A stretch of 63,973 nucleotides of DNA, filler included, from Actinomycetota bacterium (GTDB taxonomy: Bacteria > Actinomycetota > Actinomycetes > JAKEEW01), in the NCBI GenBank assembly GCA_046725875.1. It is 5 parts of 5 records of this genome, joined end to end, with 100 filler letters (N's around TTAATTAATTAA, not from the genome) between each part and the next. Parts side by side here need not be neighbours in the genome. Positions count along the whole stretch, not along the records: positions 8,662 to 29,039 come from JBKOZJ010000137.1; 4 more parts are not named here. One strand, 5' to 3'. The notes below the pieces were generated by a model. It was given only the letters and a program-made list of their open reading frames with translations, did not search any database and was not told the origin of the DNA. Made by a program: the position numbers and the translations under genes. Below, piece by piece: positions 10,534 through 20,313 of this stretch (positions within the stretch are counted from its first letter, which is position 1; each line of letters begins with the position of its first letter).

Positions 10534-10986
10534 GGGAGGATTCTCTCCACCACCGTGCCTGGACTGGACCTGGGCCTCGCCGCAACGGGGGGATTGACGA
10601 GGCCCAGGCGACGGAGAAGGTAGCAGCGCATGACTGATCCGTTGCGATTCGTGCTCGATCCGGCCGGTCCGTTAGCGGAATCCGTCGCACCCCTCTGACC
10701 AAGCTCGAGTAGCAGGTGAGCAGCCGTACGGACATCAAACGGTCTACCTCGCTTTTCTAAGATTCTGTACGCTAATGCCAGAGGAGGCCGTGTGTGGGTC
10801 TGTGCCGCAGGGGGTCGCCGCACGCGGATGTGACACAAAGCGCGCAGGGTGGGTGAGGGCCCGGCGCTCCCGGTCTCTCTTACGAGGGCTGCGTGGAGTC
10901 GCCATGTCTGCCGGCGCAATCCTCCCCTCGACGAGCCGCTGGTCGTGATGTTCCCCTGGACTCATGGCACCACTTCGGAGGCGATC

Positions 10987-11338
10987 ATGACCACCGATGG
11001 TGTCGTCCTCCACCAAGACGCCGTTTGCCGGATTGAAACAAGCAGGCGCCCGCTCGGCCTCCGGCTTTACGGCAGCCTCGATGTCGACGCTCGACCGATC
11101 TTGGACCGGGAGCTGGAAAACGCCCTCCGCGACGGACACGATCTCTACGTCGACCTTTCCCACCTCGAATTCATCGAGATCGGCCTGCATGCGCACGCTC
11201 CTGGATGTCGCGGCCTACCTCGAACTCGACGACTGTCGACTTGTCCTGCTCGGTGCCAACCCAACGGTGCACCGGATCATCGGGATTTGTCAGGAGCCGG
11301 GGCGGCGCAGTGTGGATGTCTTCCCGTGTCCGACCTAA
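10987..11338 (+). pseudogene. STAS-domain (anti-anti-sigma) protein, frameshifted
   Basis: LRLYGSLD..LYVDLSHLEFIEIG continues in another frame as MRTLL..RLVLLGANPTVHRII; shift near 11185. Confidence 0.7.
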
Positions 11339-11444
11339 TGGCAATGGGACGAACGCGGGCCTTCCTCGGGACCTTTGGTGGTAGCTGGGTCCAGCCATGC
11401 GCTCCACAGTCGGGCTAACTCCGATGGTTAGTCATCATTAGGCC

Positions 11445-11496
11445 GCGGCCCCAGCCCTCCGCCGATCCCCCTCAACCGGGGTGCGGCTGGGGCCGC
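11445..11496. terminator. Strong GC hairpin
   Basis: 12-bp stem gcggccccagcc/ggctggggccgc enclosing a C-rich segment. Confidence 0.55.
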
Positions 11497-12332
11497 TTCC
11501 TATCTCGTCGCCGCTTGGGGAGTTCGCGGCTACGAGGCCACTAGGTATTCGCCCACGGCGAGGTGAGCGTTACAGGCGGGAACCCCTTCAGGTGCTTGGC
11601 TACAGAAGATCCCTGCGCCTGGGGGAGCTTCCGCCCGCGGGACCTTCTCATCGGCGACGATGCCGACCGGCCCGCTATACCCCGGCTCGGAGGGGTCAAC
11701 CGCGGCTGCCTGGCTGATCGGGTGGTCGTGCTATCTCCATGTGATCGTCGAGCGGCGCATCACTGCGAGATTGCTGCGGGATGCTCCGACCTGCTGGCGC
11801 ACGACGCTGGGCTGCTGCTCGGTGCGCGGGAGCCGACGGAAGCGCACGACTGCCGCAGGTGGTCACACAGGCCGCGTTGTTGATCGCTGCGGGGGCGGGC
11901 ATCGAGAGGCTCCCCGACGCGGTGCGCCTCGGAATAAAGCGAGCAGCGTTGACGGGCTAGGCGCGGCCGCGGGCCTACCGCATCGTCGCGTGGTGGGCCG
12001 CGAGCGCCGCCGCCTTCGCCTGCCGGTGGTCCGCTGCGGTGAGCCGCACCCGCTCCACAACGGGTGTGGGCGTGTCCGGGTGGGCCGTCCCCGTTCGGGG
12101 AGGTTCCCGCTGCGGGCTCGCCGGAGGAGAGCCTCGCCCCGTCGTGCATGGAGACGTGATGGTTGCACAGCAGGCATAGGTTCCCGTCGTCCGCTGTGGC
12201 CGGTACTCGACACATGAGCAGTCCGCGCACTTGAATTCTGGCGGCGGCTCGAGGTTGTCGGGCATGGGGCCGCCGAGCTCGAGCGGGTCGCCCAGTTCAC
12301 CCAGCACCGTCGCCAGCCAGTCTGCGGTCTCG

Positions 12333-12409
12333 GCGGGTTCAGGGTTCGAGTCCCTGACGGCGTACCCTCCGACCAGCTAGTCCCTTGATCGTCGCCCCCT
12401 ACGGGGAGC
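12333..12409 (+). repeat. att-like direct repeat, copy 2
   Basis: Matches 9240-9316 except G>A at the acceptor-stem position and one A>G downstream. Confidence 0.92.
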
Positions 12410-12424
12410 CATTGGTGTGGCCGG

Positions 12425-12530
12425 GTCAGCTCCTTCTGCTTGACCAAGCGGAGTCAAGGCGTCTACGAACTCGGCTACTGGGCGGCCAAGGAGCAGCGCG
12501 CCTATGGGTACTCCACAGAGGCCGGCCCGC
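12425..12530 (+). pseudogene. RimJ/RimL-type GNAT fragment
   Basis: SFCLTKRSQGVYELGYWAAKEQRAYGYSTEA (ELGYW motif). Confidence 0.55.
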
Positions 12531-12686
12531 CGGCGGCGAGGATATCGGTACCGTGCCGTCGACTCGCATGATGAATAGCTGCTTCGGTGCGGTTGTCCAC
12601 GAGCGTCGACCACCGCGGGATGATTCATTCCGTGAATCGGTTGGCTACAAGGCACGGTGGGCTGGTTCGAGCCGTGCCCTGCACCG

Positions 12687-13439
12687 TCAAAGGTCCTTAT
12701 AGCTGTAGGTGCCGCCGTGCTCTACGTCGCCGACGACGAGCCGGCTGACGATTTTCGATGCGACGACAGCCGGTGAAACCAGCCGTCCCGCACGATGGAA
12801 CTCCTTGAAGAGCTCGACACTTGGCAACACGTGCGAAGGCTGCGAGCGGGCGAACAGCTGCATGCCGGTATCTATAACACCCGGACGAACTGTGATCGCG
12901 CGGAAGTTCGGTGCCGGTTGGTCGGCGGCCAGCGTCCGGGTCAGCATCTCCATGCCGGCCTTGGCCACGCTGTACACCGCTTCGCCGGGCAGCGCCGTCT
13001 GCGCTGCGCCAGAAGAGACGTTGATGATCCGCCGTGGCATTTGCGCAGCGGCGAAGACGCGGCAGAACAAGTTGGCCAGCGCCACCGGAGCCGCCAGGTT
13101 CACGGACAGCGCGGAGGCGATCTCGCTTGCCGCAAGCCGCCCCAATGTGCCAACCGCTTCGACGGTCGCCGCGTTGTTCACCAGGCACACCGACGCCGGC
13201 TGGCGCTCCTTCAAAGCCTCGAACGCCGGCGCCAGCACGGCATCGATGCGCGCGGTGTCGACCAAATCGAACCGCACGAACAGGTAGCGCTCTCCCCCGA
13301 GTGCCGGGCTGCTCGCTCGGCCGATACCCACGACCGTGAAGCCGCGGTCGAGGAGCTCGCCCGCGAGGGCGCCCCCAAGGCCCCGAGACACGCCCGTGAC
13401 AATGGCGGCCTGCTCCCCAGGACCGCCCGCACGAGTCAC
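12687..13439 (-). CDS. SDR oxidoreductase (benzil/sepiapterin reductase-like)
   Basis: TGVSRGLG, NNAA, SSGAA, YSVAK, PGVIDT. Confidence 0.92.
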   Translation of the reverse strand: MTRAGGPGEQAAIVTGVSRGLGGALAGELLDRGFTVVGIGRASSPALGGERYLFVRFDLVDTARIDAVLAPAFEALKERQPASVCLVNNAATVEAVGTLGRLAASEIASALSVNLAAPVALANLFCRVFAAAQMPRRIINVSSGAAQTALPGEAVYSVAKAGMEMLTRTLAADQPAPNFRAITVRPGVIDTGMQLFARSQPSHVLPSVELFKEFHRAGRLVSPAVVASKIVSRLVVGDVEHGGTYSYKDL

Positions 13440-13862
13440 AGTCCAGACGTTAACAAGCCGATGAATTGGGCGCCGACATTCGCCACCTCGCAGCAGAACG
13501 GCGAACTGCGTCCGGACCAAGCCGTTCCGTCGGCGATCACGAGCACGATGCTTGGGATGTCCGTAACGTCGTCTCGGCGGACAAAGATACAGCTACGCTG
13601 ATACCTCTTTGACTTGGGCGTTCTCGCTGTCGTGAGGGCGCCCGGTTGCTTTGGTGGGGGCGGTGGTGGGAGCGTCCCGTACAAGATCGTCCACTGACAC
13701 GGACCTAGGTGCGCCGTGCCGACGCAGCGGCGACGGCGGCACCACGCAGCGCTGCGTTCCGCTGCCAAACCCCTCCGTGCTTCCCGGCTGGTTCTTCAAG
13801 ATGTTCGTCTACTGGGCTGCTACTTCATCCTGCTCGGGTGTGAATCTGCTCTGTGGCTGAGG

Positions 13863-14402
13863 TCATGAAGTCGGTGCCCAAAAGCGCAGCTTGTCGCCGC
13901 GCTGATCTTCCAGGAACGCCGCCATTGCGCTCGATCACTTTCCGGGAGCCGACGTTATCGGCATCGCAGGTGAGAGCGCAGGGTTGATGTTCAGTTGAAG
14001 CGCAACGGGCAGGGCGGCCCGCAACATCGCGGTTGCTTGCCCCTGCCGCCGCGCCGATGGTCGGACGTCATAGCCAATGAGACCACCGACCTCTCGCAAA
14101 GGCGGCGTGAGCCGGTGCCGGATCGCGATCCGCCCCAAATAGTCTGTGCCGTCTACCCACCACAACGTCGTCGAGGGAACGTAGCCCTCAGGGCGCGGCG
14201 AGTTCTCCAGCGCCTGGGCGCGCAGCCACCGCACGTACTCTTCGAAGCCCTCGCCGGTCGCCCAGCTCGAGCCGTATCCACGTATCTCGCCGCCGAGCAT
14301 GGTGTCGTCATCGGCGCCGCCACGGCCCTCACTCTGGAACTCCGCCATCGCGGCAAGAAACGACAGGCGGACGCGGCCGGTAGGCGGACTGAGGTCGGGC
14401 AT
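13863..14402 (-). pseudogene. GNAT acetyltransferase with two compensating frameshifts
   Basis: GGLIGYDVRPSARRQG, then TCDADNVGSRKVIERNGGV in a shifted frame, then LEDQRGDKLRFWAPTS* back in the original frame; in-frame stop at 13935. Confidence 0.75.
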
Positions 14403-14592
14403 GACCACATTCCTATGAGAGCCGCCATGCTGATCGCATCCCCATTTCGGTCCCGCTCACCGGGACGGGTCAGCGGTTAGCAGGCCGATCGTGACCGTGA
14501 TCGCCAAGCCGATGCTGCCGGTGAGGAGAAGGTCACGTTGCCCACGACCGCGGCCGTCGCGGCCCGTCGTCCTCTTGCCAACCTATGGCAAA

Positions 14593-14620
14593 GTAGATAG
14601 TCTTCGCAGAGACTATCTAC
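14593..14620. promoter_or_regulatory. Putative MarR operator
   Basis: Perfect 11-bp inverted repeat gtagatagtct-N6-agactatctac upstream of the SRPBCC-marR operon. Confidence 0.6.
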
Positions 14621-14650
14621 GCGCAGTCTTTCTCTGAGGAGGCCGCTGCC

Positions 14651-15067
14651 ATGTGGGCGACCGAGCACGCTATCGAGACGACGGCCACGCCGCAGGCCAT
14701 CTGGCGAACCTGGTCCGACGTCGAGCGGTGGCCCGATTGGAACGCCGACCTGGAACGGGCCCAGCTGTCCGGCCCGTTCGCGGCCGGCAGCACGATCACG
14801 ATGTACCAACGCAGTGGGGACACGATCGAGCTGCGGATCGCAGCGGCCTCAGAGTCGGAAGGATTCGTAGACCAGGCTGATCTCGGCGACGTGGTGGTGC
14901 GGACCATTCATCGCCTCGAGCCCCTGGAGAACGGTCGGCTCCGAGTCACCTATCGGATGGAGATCACCGGACTGCAGGCCGACACCCTCGGACCACAGAT
15001 CGGCCCGGAGATCACCGCCGATTTTCCGGGGGTGCTGGCGGCCCTCGTCGAGCGAGCGGAACGCTGA
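14651..15067 (+). CDS. SRPBCC (polyketide cyclase-like) protein
   Basis: TATPQAIWRTWSDVERWPDWN; RBS gaggagg. Confidence 0.88.
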   Translation: MWATEHAIETTATPQAIWRTWSDVERWPDWNADLERAQLSGPFAAGSTITMYQRSGDTIELRIAAASESEGFVDQADLGDVVVRTIHRLEPLENGRLRVTYRMEITGLQADTLGPQIGPEITADFPGVLAALVERAER

Positions 15068-15513
15068 TGCCGCTCCACCCGGTCGAGAGCGCCGGATTCT
15101 TGCTGTGGCACGCCACTTTGCGGTGGCAGCGCGAAATCGCCTTGGCTCTTGCTCCGCTCGGCCTCACCCATGTTCAATTCGTGCTCCTCGCCTGCACCTG
15201 GTGGCTGAACCAGCAGGATCAGCACCCCTCGCAGGTCGCGCTGTCGGAGTTCGCCGGCACCGACGTCAAGATGACCTCGCAAGTGGTCCGCAGCCTGGAA
15301 CGCAAGGGCCTTCTAGAACGGGAGGTCGACGCATCGGACACCCGGGCCCGGCGGCTCCGACCCACCCGCCGCGGGGCGCGGCTCGCCCCACGCGCGATCG
15401 CCATCGTCCGAGAGGTCGACGCGGCGTTCTTCGGCGACATCCAGCCGGCGGCAGCTTTGAGCTTCCTCCGCAAGCTTGCACGGTTCCCTGAGACGCAGGC
15501 GGTAGTCAGTTGA
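15067..15513 (+). CDS. MarR-family regulator
   Basis: GFLLWHATLRWQR..LTHVQF..DTRARRL; TGATG overlap with the upstream gene. Confidence 0.92.
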   Translation: MPLHPVESAGFLLWHATLRWQREIALALAPLGLTHVQFVLLACTWWLNQQDQHPSQVALSEFAGTDVKMTSQVVRSLERKGLLEREVDASDTRARRLRPTRRGARLAPRAIAIVREVDAAFFGDIQPAAALSFLRKLARFPETQAVVS

Positions 15514-15686
15514 AAACGTGAATGATGCCGGCAATCCTCGTGTCTGTCGGGCCCTGTGGCGACGGGACTCCAGTCGATCAAGTTGCCCGACCCCCGGGCT
15601 ACTTCTTCGCGGATTACCGATCCAACATCTGTCCGCGCAGTCCTGCCAGCCTCGTTGCCGGAGCCAGGTGGATAGACTCGCCCGCC

Positions 15687-16145
15687 GTGGAGGTCCGCGA
15701 GTTCGAGGCCGTCGTGGGGGGCGGGGGAGGCCGACTCCCGCTCGTCGAGCTACCGTTCGACGTCAAGCAGGTGTATGGAACGGCCCGGCCCAAGGTCAAG
15801 GCCACGGTCAATCAGGTGACCGTCCGAACCACAGTCTCCGTGTACGGCGGGCGGTCCTATGTTGGATTCCGCAAAGAAATCCAGGAGGCCGCCGGCATCC
15901 GGATCGGGGACCGCATCCGGGTTCGAATCGAGCCTGACGTAGAGCCGCGCGAGATCGATGTGCCCGATGACCTGGCCCGGGCCCTCGGGGCGGATCGGGT
16001 AGCGAGCCAAGCGTTCGAGGGGCTCTCGTACACCCATCGCAAGGAATACGTCCAGTGGGTCGTCGAAGCCAAGAAGCCCGAAACCCGTCGGCGCCGGGTG
16101 GAGAGGACGATCGAAATGCTCCGGGCCGGCACAAAGCACCCCTGA
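15687..16145 (+). CDS. DUF1905 + OmdA (YdeI/OmpD-associated) protein
   Basis: VPDDLARAL..FEGLSYTHRKEYVQWVVEAKKPETRRRR. Confidence 0.85.
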   Translation: MEVREFEAVVGGGGGRLPLVELPFDVKQVYGTARPKVKATVNQVTVRTTVSVYGGRSYVGFRKEIQEAAGIRIGDRIRVRIEPDVEPREIDVPDDLARALGADRVASQAFEGLSYTHRKEYVQWVVEAKKPETRRRRVERTIEMLRAGTKHP

Positions 16146-16666
16146 GCGTGATCGCGAATCAAGCAACATCTGTCTATCTGTTGCGCCCGGGCCGATCGTG
16201 GCGCCCGCGACGCGCGGCCCGTGGCGACCACGAGTCGGTGTGCTAGGCCCGGATGCCATCCACAACTACCAGCCCGGTGGCAGGGCGGCGTAGATTTCGG
16301 TGGCTTTGGGATGTGCGTTATCTGCCATTGCTTCCAGGACGAGGACTCGTGTGTCGACCAAGGCGACGCCGCCCTGGGTCAGGCGACTGACTGTCGCCGT
16401 CCGGCCCGGCGACTCGATCCACATCACGACCGAGGGGACCTGCGTGAAGCGCCCGCAGCATCGAGAACGACGTACGCGTCGTAGCCTTCGGCGGTCCAAG
16501 CCAGGGCAGGTAGCTGAGCACAAACAGCAAGGCCGGTGCCTGCAATGATCACTTTGCTGCGCCCGGTGCGCGTCATGGTTGCCGGCCGCGACCTTTGGAG
16601 ACCCTCTGGTCAGTTCGGTAGAACCTCCACCATCAGCCTCACCACCGGCACTCAAGCCGGCACACT

Positions 16667-17935
16667 CTAGCCGGGCCACTCCACAAGGAACCGTCGAAAC
16701 GTCGCTGGCGAAAACGTCGCCGACGGGTTGCCGTGTTCGTTTCTCATGTCACGGCGGGGACCTGAGTGGCCAAAACCGCTGAGGCGTAGCAGCGCTGGGG
16801 TGAGGACGAACAGGCCGACCGCGAGGGCCGCGACTGCGACCATGGCTCCGCGCAAGCCGGCAGCATCAGCCCACAGTCCGACGTAGACCGGACCAACGAG
16901 GAACCCGAGGTAGGACACGGTCGTGACGACCGACGTCGCGCGCCCCCGGTGGGACTCATCGACGTTTCGCGAAACGACGCCGACGAGCGTCGGAAACAGC
17001 ACTGCGGTCCCGGCAGCGGCCGCCGCAAGACCGAGCCCGGCGATGAACAGCGTGGGTGCGGCGGCGATGATGGCCGCGCCGGCCGCGGCGGCCGACGCGC
17101 CAGCGAGGAGAACGGTCCGAGCGTGGGTGGCCTTGAGGCCACCGATCGAGAACCGCGTGATCGCGACCGTGCCTGCGAACACAGCGGGTGCGACAGCGCT
17201 CAGGCCCACACCTGAATGAAGCTCGTCGTGGACGAAAACCGCGCTCCAACTCTGGTGCGCATTCTCGCTGGCGAATGCGAGCGCGCCCAGCACCCCGATG
17301 AGTAGGAACGGGACGATCCTCCACCGACTAAACGATGCTGGATCCGCTGCCCTGATGCGATCGTGCCCCGGAGCGATGACGCGGGCAGGCAGCGTCTTGA
17401 ACATGGCGGCGCCGGCCAGCAGGGAGAGAACGGATACGGCGATGAACGGGACCGCAAGCGGCAGCGACGACACCAGCCCGGTGGCAAGACTCGCGAGGAC
17501 CACCAGACCGGAAAAGAACCCGTGGGCGCGGGTGATGACGGGCTGGCCTGCGATCTCCTCGGCTCGTCCGGCGACCGCGTTCTCGGCCACGTCAGCCGCG
17601 CCGCTGATAGCACCGACCAAGGCCAGCCCGACGCACAGGCTCGCCAGGCTCACCGCGGTCAGCGCCAACCCAGCACCGACCGCACCGAGGGCGCCGATGA
17701 CCAGAGCCGCGACCCTCAGCCCCCATCGATCGAGAGCTCTGCCCACCAGCAGCATCGCGGGAAGAGCACCGGCGCCTACGAACAGCAGCGCGAAGCCGAG
17801 CTGACCGTCACTGATGCCGGCCTGGTGCTGAACCCGCGGGACGGAGGCGCCCCATACCCCCCAGAACGAGCCGAAGGCAGCAAATGCCACGAAGGCCGAA
17901 GCGATCATGTGGCGCGGGGAGCTGGTAGCCGTCAT
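16667..17935 (-). CDS. MFS transporter
   Basis: About 12 hydrophobic segments; divergent from a LacI regulator. Confidence 0.9.
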   Translation of the reverse strand: MTATSSPRHMIASAFVAFAAFGSFWGVWGASVPRVQHQAGISDGQLGFALLFVGAGALPAMLLVGRALDRWGLRVAALVIGALGAVGAGLALTAVSLASLCVGLALVGAISGAADVAENAVAGRAEEIAGQPVITRAHGFFSGLVVLASLATGLVSSLPLAVPFIAVSVLSLLAGAAMFKTLPARVIAPGHDRIRAADPASFSRWRIVPFLLIGVLGALAFASENAHQSWSAVFVHDELHSGVGLSAVAPAVFAGTVAITRFSIGGLKATHARTVLLAGASAAAAGAAIIAAAPTLFIAGLGLAAAAAGTAVLFPTLVGVVSRNVDESHRGRATSVVTTVSYLGFLVGPVYVGLWADAAGLRGAMVAVAALAVGLFVLTPALLRLSGFGHSGPRRDMRNEHGNPSATFSPATFRRFLVEWPG

Positions 17936-17936
17936 T

Positions 17937-17952
17937 TGTGTAACGATACACA
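17937..17952. promoter_or_regulatory. LacI-family operator
   Basis: Near-palindrome TGTGTAACGATACACA with central CG between the divergent MFS and lacI starts. Confidence 0.7.
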
Positions 17953-17971
17953 CTTCGCTAGGCTGGACGCC

Positions 17972-19021
17972 ATGGAAGCGTCCGTCGGCTCGAAGCGCGT
18001 GACCCTCGCGCAGGTGGCCGAGGTGGCTGGTGTGTCGGTCATGACGGCCTCCTACACCTACAACCGGCCGGACCGCGTATCAGACCGGGCCCGATCGAAG
18101 GTGCTTGCCGCGGCGGCTCAGCTTGGGTACGTCGGACCTGACCCAAGTGCCCGGTCGCTGCGTCGCGGCAGCACCTGCACGCTCGGTGTCGTGATGGGTG
18201 AGCACCTGAGTTACGCATTCGAAGATCCGCAGGCCGTGTCCTTCCTGGCTGGGATCGCTGATGTCTGCGCTGATCGTGGTTATGGCATGACGATCTTGCC
18301 GATCACGGGCGCTGACGATGACGTCCCGCGGATCACCGCCGCCGCCGTCGACGGGTTCATCGTCTGGACCACATCCGACGATGATCCGATCTTGGCAGCC
18401 GTCCATGCGATGAAGCGTCCCGCGGTGGTCCACGGCGGGCCGGCAGTCCGCGGGTTGGGACTGGTGAGCATCGACAACCGCGCAGCGGCACACGCAGTGG
18501 GCGCCATCGCGTTCGCGGGCGCAAAACGTCCGGCGGTCGTGAGCCAACCGCTTTCCCGAGATCGGGTCAGCACGATCACCGGTGGCGCGGACATCACGAA
18601 TGTCTTGTTTCCGGTGACGCGCGAGCGGCTGCAGGGCTACCGGCAAGCAGCTGAGGACACCGCCATCCCGTGGCGCGACGTGCTCATCGCGGTATGCGCC
18701 CGCAACGACGCGGCCGAGGCCGAGCGAATCGCGGCAACCCTCCTAGCCTCCAGCGAGCCGCCAGATGCGATCGCCGCGATGAGCGACCAACAAGCGGCCG
18801 GGGTAGTCCACGCCGCCCGCGCCGCCGGTCGCGTCATCCCTGACGATGTGGCGGTAACCGGGTGGGATGACGCGGCGGTGGCCGCACAGCTCGGGCTGAC
18901 CACGGTCGCGCAATCGCTCCGCGACCAGGGCGCGGCATGCGCGCGTGCCGCGCTGGGGCAGCAACCGAACTCTCAGACCGCATCGTGGTCCATCGTTCGC
19001 AGGGGCAGCACACGCGCATGA
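17972..19021 (+). CDS. LacI-family regulator
   Basis: VTLAQVAEVAGVSVMTAS HTH; IPDDVAVTGWDD..LTTV. Confidence 0.93.
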   Translation: MEASVGSKRVTLAQVAEVAGVSVMTASYTYNRPDRVSDRARSKVLAAAAQLGYVGPDPSARSLRRGSTCTLGVVMGEHLSYAFEDPQAVSFLAGIADVCADRGYGMTILPITGADDDVPRITAAAVDGFIVWTTSDDDPILAAVHAMKRPAVVHGGPAVRGLGLVSIDNRAAAHAVGAIAFAGAKRPAVVSQPLSRDRVSTITGGADITNVLFPVTRERLQGYRQAAEDTAIPWRDVLIAVCARNDAAEAERIAATLLASSEPPDAIAAMSDQQAAGVVHAARAAGRVIPDDVAVTGWDDAAVAAQLGLTTVAQSLRDQGAACARAALGQQPNSQTASWSIVRRGSTRA

Positions 19022-19040
19022 CGGCGTTCGAAACGGAGGA

Positions 19041-20030
19041 TCAGGAACCAGCAGCCGGGACGATGCGCTGGTGGGCGTTCGCCTGGAACGCCGGGCGCAT
19101 GCCGACAGACTCGTACAGGCGGAGCGCGCCAGTCTCGTTCTGCGTGTCGACACCCAGCCCCGCCGACGTGCAGCCGCGGGCGGCGTAGGTGGCGAACGCG
19201 TGCTCAAGCAGGAACCGGGCGATCCCCCGTCCGCGGTAGGCCGACAGAACCCCGAGATTGCGGACCCAGCCCGCGTCCTCCTCCTTGAACGCCCCGGTCG
19301 ACTGGCAGATCCCAACCGGGACACCGTCGACATCAGCGAAGAACCACTCTGCGAAGTTGGGGTCCTGCGCGGCCTCGATCCGGCCCCGGAAGGCCGCGAG
19401 GGTCATCTCCGCCGAGCCCCAATGCTCGGAGAACGAGTCGACAAGGATGCGGTGCCAGTCGAACCAGTCCTGCTCCGAGGCCGGGTCGAAGACCCTTACG
19501 GTCACGCCCGCGGGCGCCGCCGGGAACGGCCGTGGGCCGTCGAGCTCGATTCGCATCCGGCTGAACCGGCGGTTCACCGTGAAGCCCTGGTCAAGGAGGA
19601 CAGCCGCCCAGGCATCGTCGCCCGCGATGGCGTACGCGGTGGCAAGCACCTCGCTCAGCCCGCGTTCGACGGCGCGCTCGGCGACCCGCGCCACGATCGC
19701 GTTGACCAGCGCGGGTCGCACACCGGTGTCGATCCCCGGGGTGCTGTAGACGTCGAAGTTGTCCTCGCCGCCGCCATAATTGCTCGCGATGAATGCCCAC
19801 GCGCACACGATGCCGGAGCCATCACGAACGACCCAGGTGTCGCGCTCAGGGTCTGTGTGGATCCCGTTGTAGGCGTCGACGACATCGCTACTGGCGAAGT
19901 CCGGGTACCCCAGTGTGGCGACGTCGTTGGCCTGGGCAACCGCCAGGATGGCCGCGGTGTCGTCCAGGGACTGCCGGCCGACCGTGTAGCCGGCCGGCAT
20001 GCCCGGGACGTCGGAGATGTGCGATACCAC
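19041..20030 (-). CDS. Tandem GNAT acetyltransferase (MshD-like architecture)
   Basis: LGVLSAYRGRGIA, LGVDTQNETGALRLYESVGM. Confidence 0.85.
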   Translation of the reverse strand: MVSHISDVPGMPAGYTVGRQSLDDTAAILAVAQANDVATLGYPDFASSDVVDAYNGIHTDPERDTWVVRDGSGIVCAWAFIASNYGGGEDNFDVYSTPGIDTGVRPALVNAIVARVAERAVERGLSEVLATAYAIAGDDAWAAVLLDQGFTVNRRFSRMRIELDGPRPFPAAPAGVTVRVFDPASEQDWFDWHRILVDSFSEHWGSAEMTLAAFRGRIEAAQDPNFAEWFFADVDGVPVGICQSTGAFKEEDAGWVRNLGVLSAYRGRGIARFLLEHAFATYAARGCTSAGLGVDTQNETGALRLYESVGMRPAFQANAHQRIVPAAGS

Positions 20031-20313
20031 GACTGCGCAGCCTGCCCAAGGCTCGGCTCGAATACCAACCGAATAATCACCCTAGCCCCGGTCTTTCAGT
20101 GGGCCCGAAGGCGGCATCGTTGATCTTGTTGTGATCGTGGGGCGGGTGATGACGCCGGCCGTGTCCGTCGGGCAGGGTGGTGAGGCCCTCGGCGGTTCGC
20201 CTGCTGTGGCTGCCGAGGCGATCGGCACAGAACGGCCGGGCTCCTCGCTCCACAGGCTGTTGGCAGTCTCGGGACGGACGCGATGGAGGTCGGTGACGGT
20301 AGAGGAGAGATCA

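Larger units (their letters stand above)
9240..12409. mobile_element. Decayed tRNA-Lys-integrated element
   Basis: 77-bp direct repeat (9240-9316 and 12333-12409, 2 mismatches) containing the tRNA 3' end; integrase remnant next to the left copy. Confidence 0.75.
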
